From a virus (lineage: Duplodnaviria; Caudoviricetes), in IMG/VR virus record IMGVR_UViG_3300025141_000018: a DNA stretch of 64,000 nucleotides, one strand, 5' to 3'. A program made the translations under genes and the position numbers. Each line of letters begins with the position of its first letter. The first letter of the stretch is position 1. The notes beneath the pieces are model-generated. The model had not been told where the DNA came from and searched no databases. It saw only the letters and a program-made list of their open reading frames with translations. Shown here piece by piece: positions 26,845 to 36,499 of this stretch.

Positions 26845-27385
26845 AATTTAACTGCATTACAATAAGTATTGCATAACTTATAGCATGAGATTTTTTAAAG
26901 TAATATGTTCCATCTACTGGTTTTTGCCACACTTTTTGTTCTATCTGTTGCCATGTTTCTTCCAATAGTTGTCGCTTTGCTGGCCTTATAATTGCTAGAA
27001 CTGCGGCTAATTGTTCAACACTTCTTGGTTGCAACTTTCGTAAAATATCAATATGATCGTGTATATGAAATAGTTTTTTAACTACTTTCTCATCTAATAA
27101 TAAGTCCCAATTTGGTTCTTTGGAAATCAGTTCTTCCAGTTTATTTGGATTAATATCTTTGTATGCACTATTATTAATCACATCTAGTTTAAAAAATCCA
27201 AGAGTATCTGCTGTTTTATAATCAACGGCACAAGTACCATTTAACCAATCGGCTGGTACATTATGAAAATAAACACCAGTCTTGTGCTTTTTATTATCTG
27301 TGAGTTTAGCAGGAACATGCTTGAATAATTCTAATACTTTATCTCTATCTGCTACATCAATATCAACATCTGTATTAAACGCCAT
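26831..27385 (-). CDS. Miniature DNA polymerase III alpha (DnaE)-like protein
   Basis: TDVDIDV, KHKTGVY, FKLDVINN, LAAVLAIIRPA and YFKKSHAISYA match DnaE motifs in order within 184 aa. Confidence 0.8.
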   Translation of the reverse strand: MAFNTDVDIDVADRDKVLELFKHVPAKLTDNKKHKTGVYFHNVPADWLNGTCAVDYKTADTLGFFKLDVINNSAYKDINPNKLEELISKEPNWDLLLDEKVVKKLFHIHDHIDILRKLQPRSVEQLAAVLAIIRPAKRQLLEETWQQIEQKVWQKPVDGTYYFKKSHAISYAILIVMQLNSIVF

Positions 27386-28061
27386 TAAACTTCATTTCCA
27401 TTATTACATTATTAGCCCAATTAATGTCATCTCTATTTCTATCAAATAACCGATTCCATTTTGGTAGATCGTCTCCAATCCAAGTATCTAAATGTTTAAG
27501 TTCGCTATCTTCCATTTTAGATAATAACTGCTTTCCAAAGTCTGTACCAACTGCAATCCATAAACTTAATTTACCATCACGTATAAGTTTTAATATCGTT
27601 GGCGAGTTAACATTTTTATAGAAGTCTTGCATTGGTTTATTTTGATCCTCTGCCCAATCTTGTGTACACAATACAAATTTTTCTAATGCACGTTGACACG
27701 ATTCTTTTAATGCATGTTGTTTAATAAATTTGTCATACGTTGTATCCTTTCTCCAATGATCAACTTTAACGTTATTATCACAGATCCAATCCATAAACTC
27801 TTGATAGTTTTTAATTTGTGCTTCTAACAAATACCTAGCAAATTTAATAAATTCCATGTAATGTCGTGATGATAAAAACTTTGATATATCTGCTTGTCTA
27901 TATGTATTTCTAGCAAGAAATTTATTATAACACCATAGTGCTATAATCATATACTTCTCATCTTTATCGTTGTTATATAATTTTTTTGGACAAGAATGCG
28001 ATGCTAATGTTGTTTCTTTTACAAATTCACGGTTACAAAAACTACATTTAAACTTTGCCAT
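27375..28061 (-). CDS. Zinc-finger-containing hypothetical protein
   Basis: N-terminal CSFCNREFVKETTLASHSC. Confidence 0.7.
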   Translation of the reverse strand: MAKFKCSFCNREFVKETTLASHSCPKKLYNNDKDEKYMIIALWCYNKFLARNTYRQADISKFLSSRHYMEFIKFARYLLEAQIKNYQEFMDWICDNNVKVDHWRKDTTYDKFIKQHALKESCQRALEKFVLCTQDWAEDQNKPMQDFYKNVNSPTILKLIRDGKLSLWIAVGTDFGKQLLSKMEDSELKHLDTWIGDDLPKWNRLFDRNRDDINWANNVIMEMKFNGV

Positions 28062-28476
28062 CTATTTCATTTATCATATTTTGAATTGCTTTTTTATCAT
28101 TTAGCAATATGTTTAATTCGTCTTGATTTAAACTTGGATACAACGAACTTAATCTATCTACAAGTTCGTCTTTTTTAGTTTTTTTACTAACACCAATCCA
28201 CGGATGAAATTGATTAGTGCCTATACCAATAACAGATGCTAATTGCCAAAATAGTTTTTTGTGTTTGTATAAAACTGAAAAGTTTTTGTTTAGCAATTCA
28301 TTAGCATATGTTAGATAATGTGTTTGTAATTCTTTGCTACCTTTAATACTACTAGTCCATCGTAACACCATAAACGGACTAAACTCTTTTTCTTGTTCTT
28401 CGGATAGTTGATCATAGAAGTCTTTATTGCGTCTATCAACTGCTCCTAACATTGATTTAAGATCAATCTTTTTCAT
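28048..28476 (-). CDS. Clamp-loader small subunit-like protein (T4 gp62-like)
   Basis: KEFSPFMVLRWTS, NELLNKNF and FHPWI pattern; replication gene context. Confidence 0.65.
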   Translation of the reverse strand: MKKIDLKSMLGAVDRRNKDFYDQLSEEQEKEFSPFMVLRWTSSIKGSKELQTHYLTYANELLNKNFSVLYKHKKLFWQLASVIGIGTNQFHPWIGVSKKTKKDELVDRLSSLYPSLNQDELNILLNDKKAIQNMINEIDGKV

Positions 28477-28571
28477 AATAAATATATATTACACTATTTA
28501 GGTTGTTTTCGCAACCTTTATTATGGGGCACCATCCCCGTAGTGGATAGAACCCACTTTAGGAGAAAACAA

Positions 28572-28970
28572 ATGGGAAGACCAATTAGTAAAAGACATAT
28601 CGGTACACCCGATGCTGGCAACGAATTAAAATGTCGGTATCATACCGGAGCCGCAGAAGTAAACGGCTGGATTGTTGCACAAAAAGGTACCAAGCGATAT
28701 AAATGCTACGATGGTTCCACTTATGCAACATGCTCATTAGTTGATAAAGCACAAGGTACATTAGCCGCTGGCGAAATGACTGTTACTGTTAAAGACGATG
28801 GCGGAACAGTTCGCCAGGTCACAAAAATTACAGGACATAGAGTTATGCTTGATTCAGGCACATCTCAGCCTTGGACATTTACAACAGATGCCGCTGATGA
28901 CAAAGTGGAAATTGAAGAAGCAGGTACGGACGATTCCTTTACCGGCGCAGACGATTTCGAAGCAGACTGA
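28572..28970 (+). CDS. Hypothetical protein, probably virion-associated
   Basis: Start moved to ATG 28572 (AGGAG SD); late promoter near 28478. Confidence 0.7.
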   Translation: MGRPISKRHIGTPDAGNELKCRYHTGAAEVNGWIVAQKGTKRYKCYDGSTYATCSLVDKAQGTLAAGEMTVTVKDDGGTVRQVTKITGHRVMLDSGTSQPWTFTTDAADDKVEIEEAGTDDSFTGADDFEAD

Positions 28971-28977
28971 TAATCTA

Positions 28978-29001
28978 AAAGGGGAACTCGTGTTCCCCTT
29001 A
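28978..29001. terminator. Hairpin terminator between convergent genes
   Basis: AAGGGGAAC-tcgt-GTTCCCCTT. Confidence 0.75.
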
Positions 29002-29502
29002 TACCCACAACTTTTCAAAATCTAATACCTCAGGAATTTTTTGTATATCTTTAACAAAAAATGCACAAATGTTAGTCTTAGGATTAACAGGTACTGCTAA
29101 TATATGCCCAACTCTTAACTTAGGTACATACCATTTTTTCTCAGTATAAACATTAACAACATCTAAATCACCAAAGTCTGGCATAATACTTGTATTACTC
29201 ATGTCCAAGCAAAATGCAGAAAAACGCCTGCCTGCACAATGAACTAATGTTAATATTTCACTTTCGCCTGTGAATCTATCAGCAATAATAATATGCCAAT
29301 CCAGTGGCATATGAAACCTGTTTCCTCCTATTTCAACTTCCAAACAAGGTGTGCTGAAACTTTCTAAAAATACTAATGGACAATATATAAAATCAGGAGA
29401 ATTTGGATCACTATAATCTAATACTCCGTAATAAACATCATCTATTTCTTCTGGTATACGATCTATGTCGTATACTCCGTGTTCTAGTGTGTGTAATAGC
29501 AT
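28999..29502 (-). CDS. Hypothetical protein coupled to uvsW
   Basis: 167 aa, starts directly after the uvsW stop. Confidence 0.7.
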   Translation of the reverse strand: MLLHTLEHGVYDIDRIPEEIDDVYYGVLDYSDPNSPDFIYCPLVFLESFSTPCLEVEIGGNRFHMPLDWHIIIADRFTGESEILTLVHCAGRRFSAFCLDMSNTSIMPDFGDLDVVNVYTEKKWYVPKLRVGHILAVPVNPKTNICAFFVKDIQKIPEVLDFEKLWV

Positions 29503-29503
29503 A

Positions 29504-30955
29504 TTACCATTTTATTTTTTCTATTGTGTAAGGGTATCGAGCTTCATTATAAAATTTCTTACGTGTGGTAAGATGTCTTTTAGAAAATTTAGCAGAAGAA
29601 GTTATATCCCAAATTTGGACAAAGTTCTTATCTTTTGCTTTTCTAATACCTCTACCGATTGACTGTATGACACGGACAAAACTTTTACCTGGCTCGATGA
29701 GGACCAAATTAAATATCCTAGGTATATCGATGCCAACAGATGCAACCCCGTAAGTAGCAATAATTGCTTTGTTGTCAGCGGTTTGAATTTCGTCGTATTG
29801 TTCTCTTCGGTCTGCTGACTTGACCGAACCTGATATGAAAACGCTCTCATCTCCTAATCCTTCTTGGAGTATTTTTCCTGCTTTAATACGATCAACTAAT
29901 ATTAAAGTATTACCACCTTTTACTATATCTTTTAATAACTCTGTAACGTACTCCATGCGAGTTTCATTTGTGGTAAGATATGATAACTCGCTTGCATAGT
30001 TATTATACTGTATTGTGTCCTGTAATTGCAAGACATTTACTTTGCAGTCTGCAAGTACTCCTTGATCTTGCAAATCCGACGCTTTTAAGCGGTTTACAAC
30101 ACCACCTAAACTAACAACTAATGAAACATATGCCCAATCCTCTTTTGGTATTGTGCCTGTTAGTCCCCAACGGATTGGTACCTTTGCAAATGGTCCTGTA
30201 AGTAATCGTTTAAGTACATCTGCTTTTGCCATGTGTACTTCATCAACAATAACTGCACTAATACCATCTATTAAATCATGTAATCCTAATTCACTTTCAC
30301 CATCTTTAAATCGTTTATCTAATACATTAAGACTCTGCCAAGTGCATATCGTATGGGTTTTACCAATTTCCTTTCTATCCCCGTAATACACACCGGCATC
30401 GAGTCCCAAGTTGATATAATCCTTTTCGGTTTGGGTAACCAAATCCTTATTTGGTACAATAATTAATGTACCTCCATATTGTTCTACACGTTGGCTTAAT
30501 GTGGCAGTAACTAATGTTTTACCTGCACCTGTAGCAATTTCTTGTAGACATTGTGGTTGTGATAAAAATTGATTTATAATACTAACTTGATAATCTCTCA
30601 GTATAATTGGACTGCCGGCATCATTATGACCTTTAGGCCATTTTTTATCTTTGTGGGTTTCTTCTGTGACTGTTACAAAATCTAATGCAGTACCTTCGCG
30701 GCTATCTTTTATATCAATATGATAACCTTCGTTAATAAGTTCTGGAATAATATCTTCGAGGAGATTAAGGTAGGTAACGGCCCCAGGACTAAAATAACTA
30801 ACACATCCGTCCCAACGGCCTAATTTGTAAGCAGGTACATGATAAGCATAAGGCATAAAATACTTAAATTTCTTTTCTAATTTACGCCTTGTCATTAAGC
30901 CTAAATTATGTATCTTTACGTTGACTTCATCTTTTATTTCTATTATGCAATCCAT
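29504..30955 (-). CDS. uvsW: SF2 DNA helicase UvsW
   Basis: LRDYQ, ATGAGKT, VDEVH, GLTGT and QSIGRGIR motifs. Confidence 0.93.
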   Translation of the reverse strand: MDCIIEIKDEVNVKIHNLGLMTRRKLEKKFKYFMPYAYHVPAYKLGRWDGCVSYFSPGAVTYLNLLEDIIPELINEGYHIDIKDSREGTALDFVTVTEETHKDKKWPKGHNDAGSPIILRDYQVSIINQFLSQPQCLQEIATGAGKTLVTATLSQRVEQYGGTLIIVPNKDLVTQTEKDYINLGLDAGVYYGDRKEIGKTHTICTWQSLNVLDKRFKDGESELGLHDLIDGISAVIVDEVHMAKADVLKRLLTGPFAKVPIRWGLTGTIPKEDWAYVSLVVSLGGVVNRLKASDLQDQGVLADCKVNVLQLQDTIQYNNYASELSYLTTNETRMEYVTELLKDIVKGGNTLILVDRIKAGKILQEGLGDESVFISGSVKSADRREQYDEIQTADNKAIIATYGVASVGIDIPRIFNLVLIEPGKSFVRVIQSIGRGIRKAKDKNFVQIWDITSSAKFSKRHLTTRKKFYNEARYPYTIEKIKW

Positions 30956-30964
30956 TTAGTTGCC

Positions 30965-30993
30965 AAAAAAAAAGGCCCATCAAGGGCCTTTTT
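30965..30993. terminator. Bidirectional terminator
   Basis: A9-GGCCC-atcaa-GGGCC-T5. Confidence 0.8.
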
Positions 30994-31009
30994 ATAAACC
31001 CTTACTTGC

Positions 31010-32038
31010 TTATCCTCGCTTTATGCAAGTATTCTCAGCAAGTGTCATCCAGCGATGCTCTGACATCTTTTTAAGGTCTGCCAGTTTTGTTACCATTCTC
31101 AAACTAACTTCACGTAATCGATCGGTATTGGATTCCATAAAATTAACTACTTCTTCCTCACCGGCTTTACCGAAGTTATATGTATTAAGCATTCCGTCTC
31201 CGACAATCTGCTTTACACGAAGCATCTTATCGTGCATTGTATCAAGTGTCAAGTCCAAGTAATGACATCTTGAAAGAATCGCTTCCAAGTGATCCTTGAT
31301 CTTTCCTTTGACTTTATCAAACTTTAAGTTTGTAATAAAAATTACTGATCCGCAAAATTCAAATTTCTCCGGAACACCTTCTCTGCGTAATGCTGAACTC
31401 TCTGTGTTCCAACTAATCATTCGCTTAGTACTGGAATCAAGTGCCGCCTTCAACAAGTTCAAACTAACTTCGTCCCAAAGGATGCTATCACAATCATCAA
31501 GTACCAACACGCTTCCTGGATCTGCATACCTGTAAAGTAACTGGTACAAACCAATTGCACTTGCCGCACCTTTTTCAGTTCCAAACTTAATTGTGTTTCC
31601 GGCAAGTTTGTCAAACATACTATTCTTTTCCAGGATCTTTTCAACACCGTAACTTTTACCAACTCCTGGAGGTCCTGTTACAACCATTCCACGTACAATA
31701 CCATCAATTGATGCTTGTGCCATTTCGTCTAAAATATCGAAACGCTCTGCAATTTCTGCAATACGTTCTTCGTCTGTTTTTTCTGCTACAACTACTGGTG
31801 CTTCCTCAATCATAGTCTCTCCGTCTCCAAGGTTTACATAAGGTGCATAATTGTGACTGGTAGTTTTAACTCGAATGTTATTGTCAGCGGTGCGAATAGT
31901 AATAAAACCATCCCATCCGTCTTTTGGGGCGTTAAACGGCTGATATTCTTTTACAAGAACTCCTTCTGTTCCTTGCATTCCTTGTCCTCTATAACTTCCA
32001 CCTGTTAACGTTACCTGTGTTCCTGGCTGTATGTACAT
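31010..32038 (-). CDS. AAA+/P-loop ATPase with extra N-terminal domain
   Basis: GPPGVGKS Walker A, VLDDCD Walker B, FITN and AILSR. Confidence 0.85.
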   Translation of the reverse strand: MYIQPGTQVTLTGGSYRGQGMQGTEGVLVKEYQPFNAPKDGWDGFITIRTADNNIRVKTTSHNYAPYVNLGDGETMIEEAPVVVAEKTDEERIAEIAERFDILDEMAQASIDGIVRGMVVTGPPGVGKSYGVEKILEKNSMFDKLAGNTIKFGTEKGAASAIGLYQLLYRYADPGSVLVLDDCDSILWDEVSLNLLKAALDSSTKRMISWNTESSALRREGVPEKFEFCGSVIFITNLKFDKVKGKIKDHLEAILSRCHYLDLTLDTMHDKMLRVKQIVGDGMLNTYNFGKAGEEEVVNFMESNTDRLREVSLRMVTKLADLKKMSEHRWMTLAENTCIKRG

Positions 32039-32088
32039 GCTGTCTCCTGTTTGCCTGTGTTTGCCTGGTTGTTTAACTCAATATAATA

Positions 32089-32117
32089 ATTATACGCTCT
32101 CGAGACTAAAAGGTCAA
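32089..32117 (-). promoter_or_regulatory. Sigma70-type early promoter
   Basis: TTGACC-17 nt-TATAAT. Confidence 0.85.
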
Positions 32118-32160
32118 CCTTTTTGTTCAATTTCTTTCATTTTTTTTCTATTTTTTGTAT

Positions 32161-32361
32161 TTATTGAAGGTTTTCTATGTCAGGATCCACAAAAAGTTTA
32201 ACTTCCTTGTCAGTATTGGCCCAATCTGGATACATTTCTATTTCGAATCCATCATAGTGCCGTGATATAACTATTGTCTCTTTATAAAACTCAGCAAGTT
32301 TTTTTGCTTCGTTTTTAGCGGCCTTTAATGTTTGAAATAAACCCGACTCTTGTTCTATCAT
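32161..32361 (-). CDS. Hypothetical protein
   Basis: 66 aa, overlaps the uvsY stop. Confidence 0.55.
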   Translation of the reverse strand: MIEQESGLFQTLKAAKNEAKKLAEFYKETIVISRHYDGFEIEMYPDWANTDKEVKLFVDPDIENLQ

Positions 32362-32816
32362 AAAGTTATATCTTCTAATCCAGCGACTCTCAATTTAATA
32401 ACATTATTAATTTGAAATTGTTTGGCTTCAAGGGCCTTCATTAGCCCATGATATTTGTTACGAACAAAAGCAATCTCGTTTATTAGTCCTTGTAAGTCTA
32501 ACACGGATTGCTCTCCATCAACATATTTGTCAACATCTCTACTTGATAATGCTCTTTCGTAATGCTCTAAATATTTTCTAAAAAGCCTGCCACGTTCTCT
32601 TCGCATTTCAATATTGAGATGTTCTAATATACCTTCAAGTTCTTGTAATTGATTGAATCTGTATGCCACAATACCCGGCATCTCTCTTGAGGTTTTTTCA
32701 ACGTTGCCTTTCATAGAAACTTCAAGGCCAACATTTTCTAATTCGTTATTATAATAATCAATACAATCAGGAATTTTACTTAAATCCTTTTGTATTTGTA
32801 TAAACCAAGTTGACAT
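32358..32816 (-). CDS. uvsY: Recombination mediator UvsY-like protein
   Basis: YLEHYERALSSRDVDKYVDGE...KALEAKQFQINNVIKLRVAG; lies between uvsX and uvsW. Confidence 0.85.
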   Translation of the reverse strand: MSTWFIQIQKDLSKIPDCIDYYNNELENVGLEVSMKGNVEKTSREMPGIVAYRFNQLQELEGILEHLNIEMRRERGRLFRKYLEHYERALSSRDVDKYVDGEQSVLDLQGLINEIAFVRNKYHGLMKALEAKQFQINNVIKLRVAGLEDITL

Positions 32817-33068
32817 TTAATAATTAAAATCTTCAGGTTCTTCAAATGTGTCATCCAGTTCATCTTCATATCTAGTATCGATAACTGAATCTAATGTTTT
32901 GCTATAACCTCTGAGACTATGTAAACTATCTTCTATAGAATAACTATAATTTTCAAAAATTTCAACCAACTGATCGGTTGCTTCTTCTAATTCCTTTTTA
33001 TCCGTATATGTTTTTAACATGTCAAACATATCGTGAAAAAAAGCAACATCAATATCATTCATCTGCAT
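32817..33068 (-). CDS. Small acidic hypothetical protein
   Basis: 83 aa within the uvsX-uvsY operon. Confidence 0.65.
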   Translation of the reverse strand: MQMNDIDVAFFHDMFDMLKTYTDKKELEEATDQLVEIFENYSYSIEDSLHSLRGYSKTLDSVIDTRYEDELDDTFEEPEDFNY

Positions 33069-34164
33069 TCGGCAAATCCTCTTGTATTTCTTCGTTATTT
33101 ATAAGAGTCTCGGCCATTTTAACAATAGTATCTGCCTGAATTTCTCTATCACCGGTCTCATTAATTACTGTTTGTAATTTTTCGTGGCTCCAATATTTAC
33201 GGAACTCTTTAATTTCGTTACCATCTTTGGTTTGGTATTTTAACTTATTACCATCCTTTACAATGACGCCTGCTTTTTCAAACAAATCTAAACAACCACT
33301 GTAAGGATCCATTCCAGTATCGTATGGTATTTTAACTTGTACACTTTCAAACGGTTTTGCAAAACGTGTTTTCATTACTTTACAAGCCGCTCTAATACCA
33401 CGTATATCTGTAATTTTGTTTCCTGATTCGTCTTCTTTAAGTTTAAGTTTTTTCATTGCAACAACAATAGACGAAGCATATATAAATCCTTGTCCACCAC
33501 TAATCTTATCATCTGGATCAAACATATCTTGTGATGCATATGTGTGATTAGTAGCAACTATTCCGACTGGATGTCCTGCAATTAAATTAACACTATTACG
33601 AACAAGGGCAGTCAATGCTTTGGGTTTTCTACCCATGTCGCCTTTCATGTCGCCTCTTTCAAATTGATCAACATCAGTTGGTGTAAGTAACATGCCTAAT
33701 GAATCAGTTACAAACAAAACTTTTTGACGTTCTTCGTAAGGTACATCTGAATATTGTTCTTTATACCCTTTCATAAATTCACTTACAAATTTAGCAACTT
33801 CATCAATCATTGATACACCAAATCGCATAAGTTTATCATCGGCTGTATCAACACCAATTGCTTCTAGCCAATCTGAATCTAGGGCATTTTCTGAATCAAG
33901 TATAATAGGTAGAATACCTTGTTTTTGTGCCTGTTTTACTAAGTTACCGGAACATATATAACTTTTGCCGGATCCACTTTCACCTGCAAAACATGTAACT
34001 CTACCAAGCGGAATACCTTTACTAAAGTCTCCACTAATCAAATAATTTAAAGCATAGTTACCGGTACTAATCCAATCAACAGGATCGTGAAATCCTACTG
34101 CCATTCCCGGTACTGCTTTTGTAATACTATTTCTAAATTTAGAAATATCAAATGGTTTTGACAT
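33055..34164 (-). CDS. uvsX: RecA-like recombinase UvsX
   Basis: ISTGNYALN, GESGSGKS, DSENA, TDSLG and SGGQGFIYASS motifs. Confidence 0.95.
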   Translation of the reverse strand: MSKPFDISKFRNSITKAVPGMAVGFHDPVDWISTGNYALNYLISGDFSKGIPLGRVTCFAGESGSGKSYICSGNLVKQAQKQGILPIILDSENALDSDWLEAIGVDTADDKLMRFGVSMIDEVAKFVSEFMKGYKEQYSDVPYEERQKVLFVTDSLGMLLTPTDVDQFERGDMKGDMGRKPKALTALVRNSVNLIAGHPVGIVATNHTYASQDMFDPDDKISGGQGFIYASSIVVAMKKLKLKEDESGNKITDIRGIRAACKVMKTRFAKPFESVQVKIPYDTGMDPYSGCLDLFEKAGVIVKDGNKLKYQTKDGNEIKEFRKYWSHEKLQTVINETGDREIQADTIVKMAETLINNEEIQEDLPNADE

Positions 34165-34182
34165 TTAATTCCTCAAGAAAAT

Positions 34183-34202
34183 GCGGGGCATCTCTGCCCC
34201 GC
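34183..34202. other. GC-rich intergenic hairpin between gp32 and uvsX
   Basis: GCGGGGCA-tctc-TGCCCCGC; no clear U tract. Confidence 0.6.
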
Positions 34203-34216
34203 TGATTTAAGATATA

Positions 34217-35199
34217 TCAGGAATTCTTGCGTTCACGGATCATTGCAAGAATTTGATCGGCCGAAGGCTTACTGCCGTCAGTTGCCTCTTCAGTTGCCGG
34301 TTGCGGATCTGCTTTGGGCGTCTGTTCTTCTGCTTTGGGTTGTTCAACAGTACTTGCAGTTTCGCTTATAGTGGGTTCTGGAGTAGGAACTGTTTTGGCT
34401 TTACCCTCAGTTTTACTCATGCCGGCTGGTGTGTAATATGAACCCCATTTTGCTGGGTCATATAAATCGCCGGCTACCGAAGCCTCAAACATTTCAAAAA
34501 TTGCTTTAACTTCATCATCGTTTGGTTGCTTTGGCATAAAATCGTTAAGTGTATGCAGTCCGTTTGATTCAACTGCGGTTCTTTCAAACTCGTTTAATGC
34601 TCTTTCTTTACGAGCCCAATTAGATGTTGAATAATCTGCATACTGACCTTTTTGGGTCTTGGTAAGTTTAAAATCTGTACCATTTTCGTAATCGGTTGGA
34701 ATCTCTGGAAAGTCAGGATCCATTAATGCCGCCGATATAATTTTGTAAATTGACGGATTAATAATAAATCTACGAATTGGATTTTCTGGAGTTTCGTCGT
34801 CTTTAAGTGGATTTTCTACTACAAATCCTTGAAAGATATAAGACCGCTTTTTCCAATACTTACGAGCTTCGTTCTCTAAGGACGGGTCTTTAAACCAAGG
34901 ACGAATTTCTGCGTGGACTGGGCATTCTTTTCCCCACATCTCTACACAAGGTACTTGTACTAAAATATTTCGGGTCTCGTCTTGGCCTTTAACTCCCGGA
35001 AATGGAATCTTAATCATTTGGCGTTCTTGCCAAAAGAAGGTATTCTCTGCATCATTATCAGGTAAAAATCTTAATGTTGCGGTTGTGTTTTCTGGGATAT
35101 TCCAAAAGGGATATATTGCATTGTCGGTAGTAAAGTTACCACCGGATCTTGATTCTTTTTCGATCAACTTAGATCTGATTTCTGCTAAGGTAGGCATAG
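34217..35199 (-). CDS. gp32: Single-stranded DNA-binding protein (T4 gp32-like)
   Basis: MPTLAEIRSKL, LRFLPD, CVEMWGKECPVH and ADYSTSNW motifs, C-terminal ADQILAMIRER; start placed approximately at the MPTL ATG after an AGGAG SD; early promoter near 35267-35291. Confidence 0.92.
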
Positions 35200-35339
35200 T
35201 AATTCTCCTATATTTGCCGTTAATTGCCTGGATCATGATTGCTATTTGCATTCATAAACTATTATAACATAGAGCTTGTATTAAAGTCAACCTCTTATTA
35301 CAACACTATTTATTACGGATACTCCTATATCCGCTACTT

Positions 35340-35585
35340 TCATGCTGATAACCCGCCGCCTGCTAGTGCTCCACTTATTGTAGGTCCTGTTTTTGGACTT
35401 AATGATTTCTTTGGGGCCGGGGACGAGGATGGGGATTTTGCTATGTTTCCAATCTTCCCTGCTTTTGTCGTCTGCTTTTTTTTCTTTTTTCTTCTTCTAT
35501 GTTTGCCTTTTCTCTTATCGAGATCACTTCTGTCAATGTCGCCGCCGAGCCATACCGACTCGTCGATTATTTCTTGTATTTTCAT
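35340..35585 (-). CDS. Small, highly basic putative internal head peptide
   Basis: MKIQEIIDE-S leader; RRRKKKKK; C-terminal ALAGGG. Confidence 0.65.
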   Translation of the reverse strand: MKIQEIIDESVWLGGDIDRSDLDKRKGKHRRRKKKKKQTTKAGKIGNIAKSPSSSPAPKKSLSPKTGPTISGALAGGGLSA

Positions 35586-36499
35586 GGTGAAGTTCCCCTG
35601 CCCCCTGGTCCTGTTGTGCCTCCGCCTGCTAATGATACATTTGCAGTTGGTTTATGTTTTGGTCCACCTTTTGTTTTAAAGGGCTTGAGCGGCTTGCTCT
35701 TCTTGGGATATTTGTGTGCAGGCGCCCCCGACCGTTTCTTCTTTTGGCCTCCTACCCAAAAAGATTCGTCTATTTGCTCAATATATTCTTTAAGGGTTGT
35801 TGGTTTCTTTTTTACACTTTCAGTAACTACTTGTTTATTTGTTTTTGCATCATCTTCGGTAAGCACTTGTACTGATTTATTACCATTTGCAACAACCTCA
35901 GCAAAATGATTCATTGAGTTTTTAACAATTTCTCGTTTTGTTGCGTTATCACTTGCTCTTTGTGTTTCTGATGGCCAGCCACCAACTTTTTTACCGTGTT
36001 TTTTAAACCAATCTGGTGGCATTTTTTTAGTCTTTTTTGGATTTGCTGGCGGGGGGCCTTCTTTTTCCCATTTTGCTTGCAGAGCCGCGGCAAAACCTCC
36101 GCCTCCGCCTTCTTCAACATCAACACTTTCATCATAGGAACCATAATCTTCATCTGTGCCGTGTCCTGCAGAAGCCATAGCAGAATCAAAATCGCCATCC
36201 ATTGGCTCAGTAAATCCTTGTGAACCATATTCATCTTGTAGATATTCTTCAATCCATTGATCAGGATCACCATCTCTTGCTTTAGCAATACCATATGGCA
36301 TTTCACCTGAGTTAAGAAAGTAATCATATAGCTCATCATAAAATTCTTGATGATCATATAAACTAGTTTCGCCATTCATTACAGATGCCATTGCATCTGC
36401 ATGTTTGTCTACAATATCATCTAACTGAACACTTGTTTCTCTAAGTGCAAGTCCTGCTAATTTTCGTAAATCATTTTCAGTTTTAATTATTGGTATCAT
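35582..36499 (-). CDS. Mosaic acidic/basic protein, putative polyprotein
   Basis: Acidic N-terminal half and two Lys/Pro/Gly-rich segments that follow VEE and IDE sites. Confidence 0.65.
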   Translation of the reverse strand: MIPIIKTENDLRKLAGLALRETSVQLDDIVDKHADAMASVMNGETSLYDHQEFYDELYDYFLNSGEMPYGIAKARDGDPDQWIEEYLQDEYGSQGFTEPMDGDFDSAMASAGHGTDEDYGSYDESVDVEEGGGGGFAAALQAKWEKEGPPPANPKKTKKMPPDWFKKHGKKVGGWPSETQRASDNATKREIVKNSMNHFAEVVANGNKSVQVLTEDDAKTNKQVVTESVKKKPTTLKEYIEQIDESFWVGGQKKKRSGAPAHKYPKKSKPLKPFKTKGGPKHKPTANVSLAGGGTTGPGGRGTSP

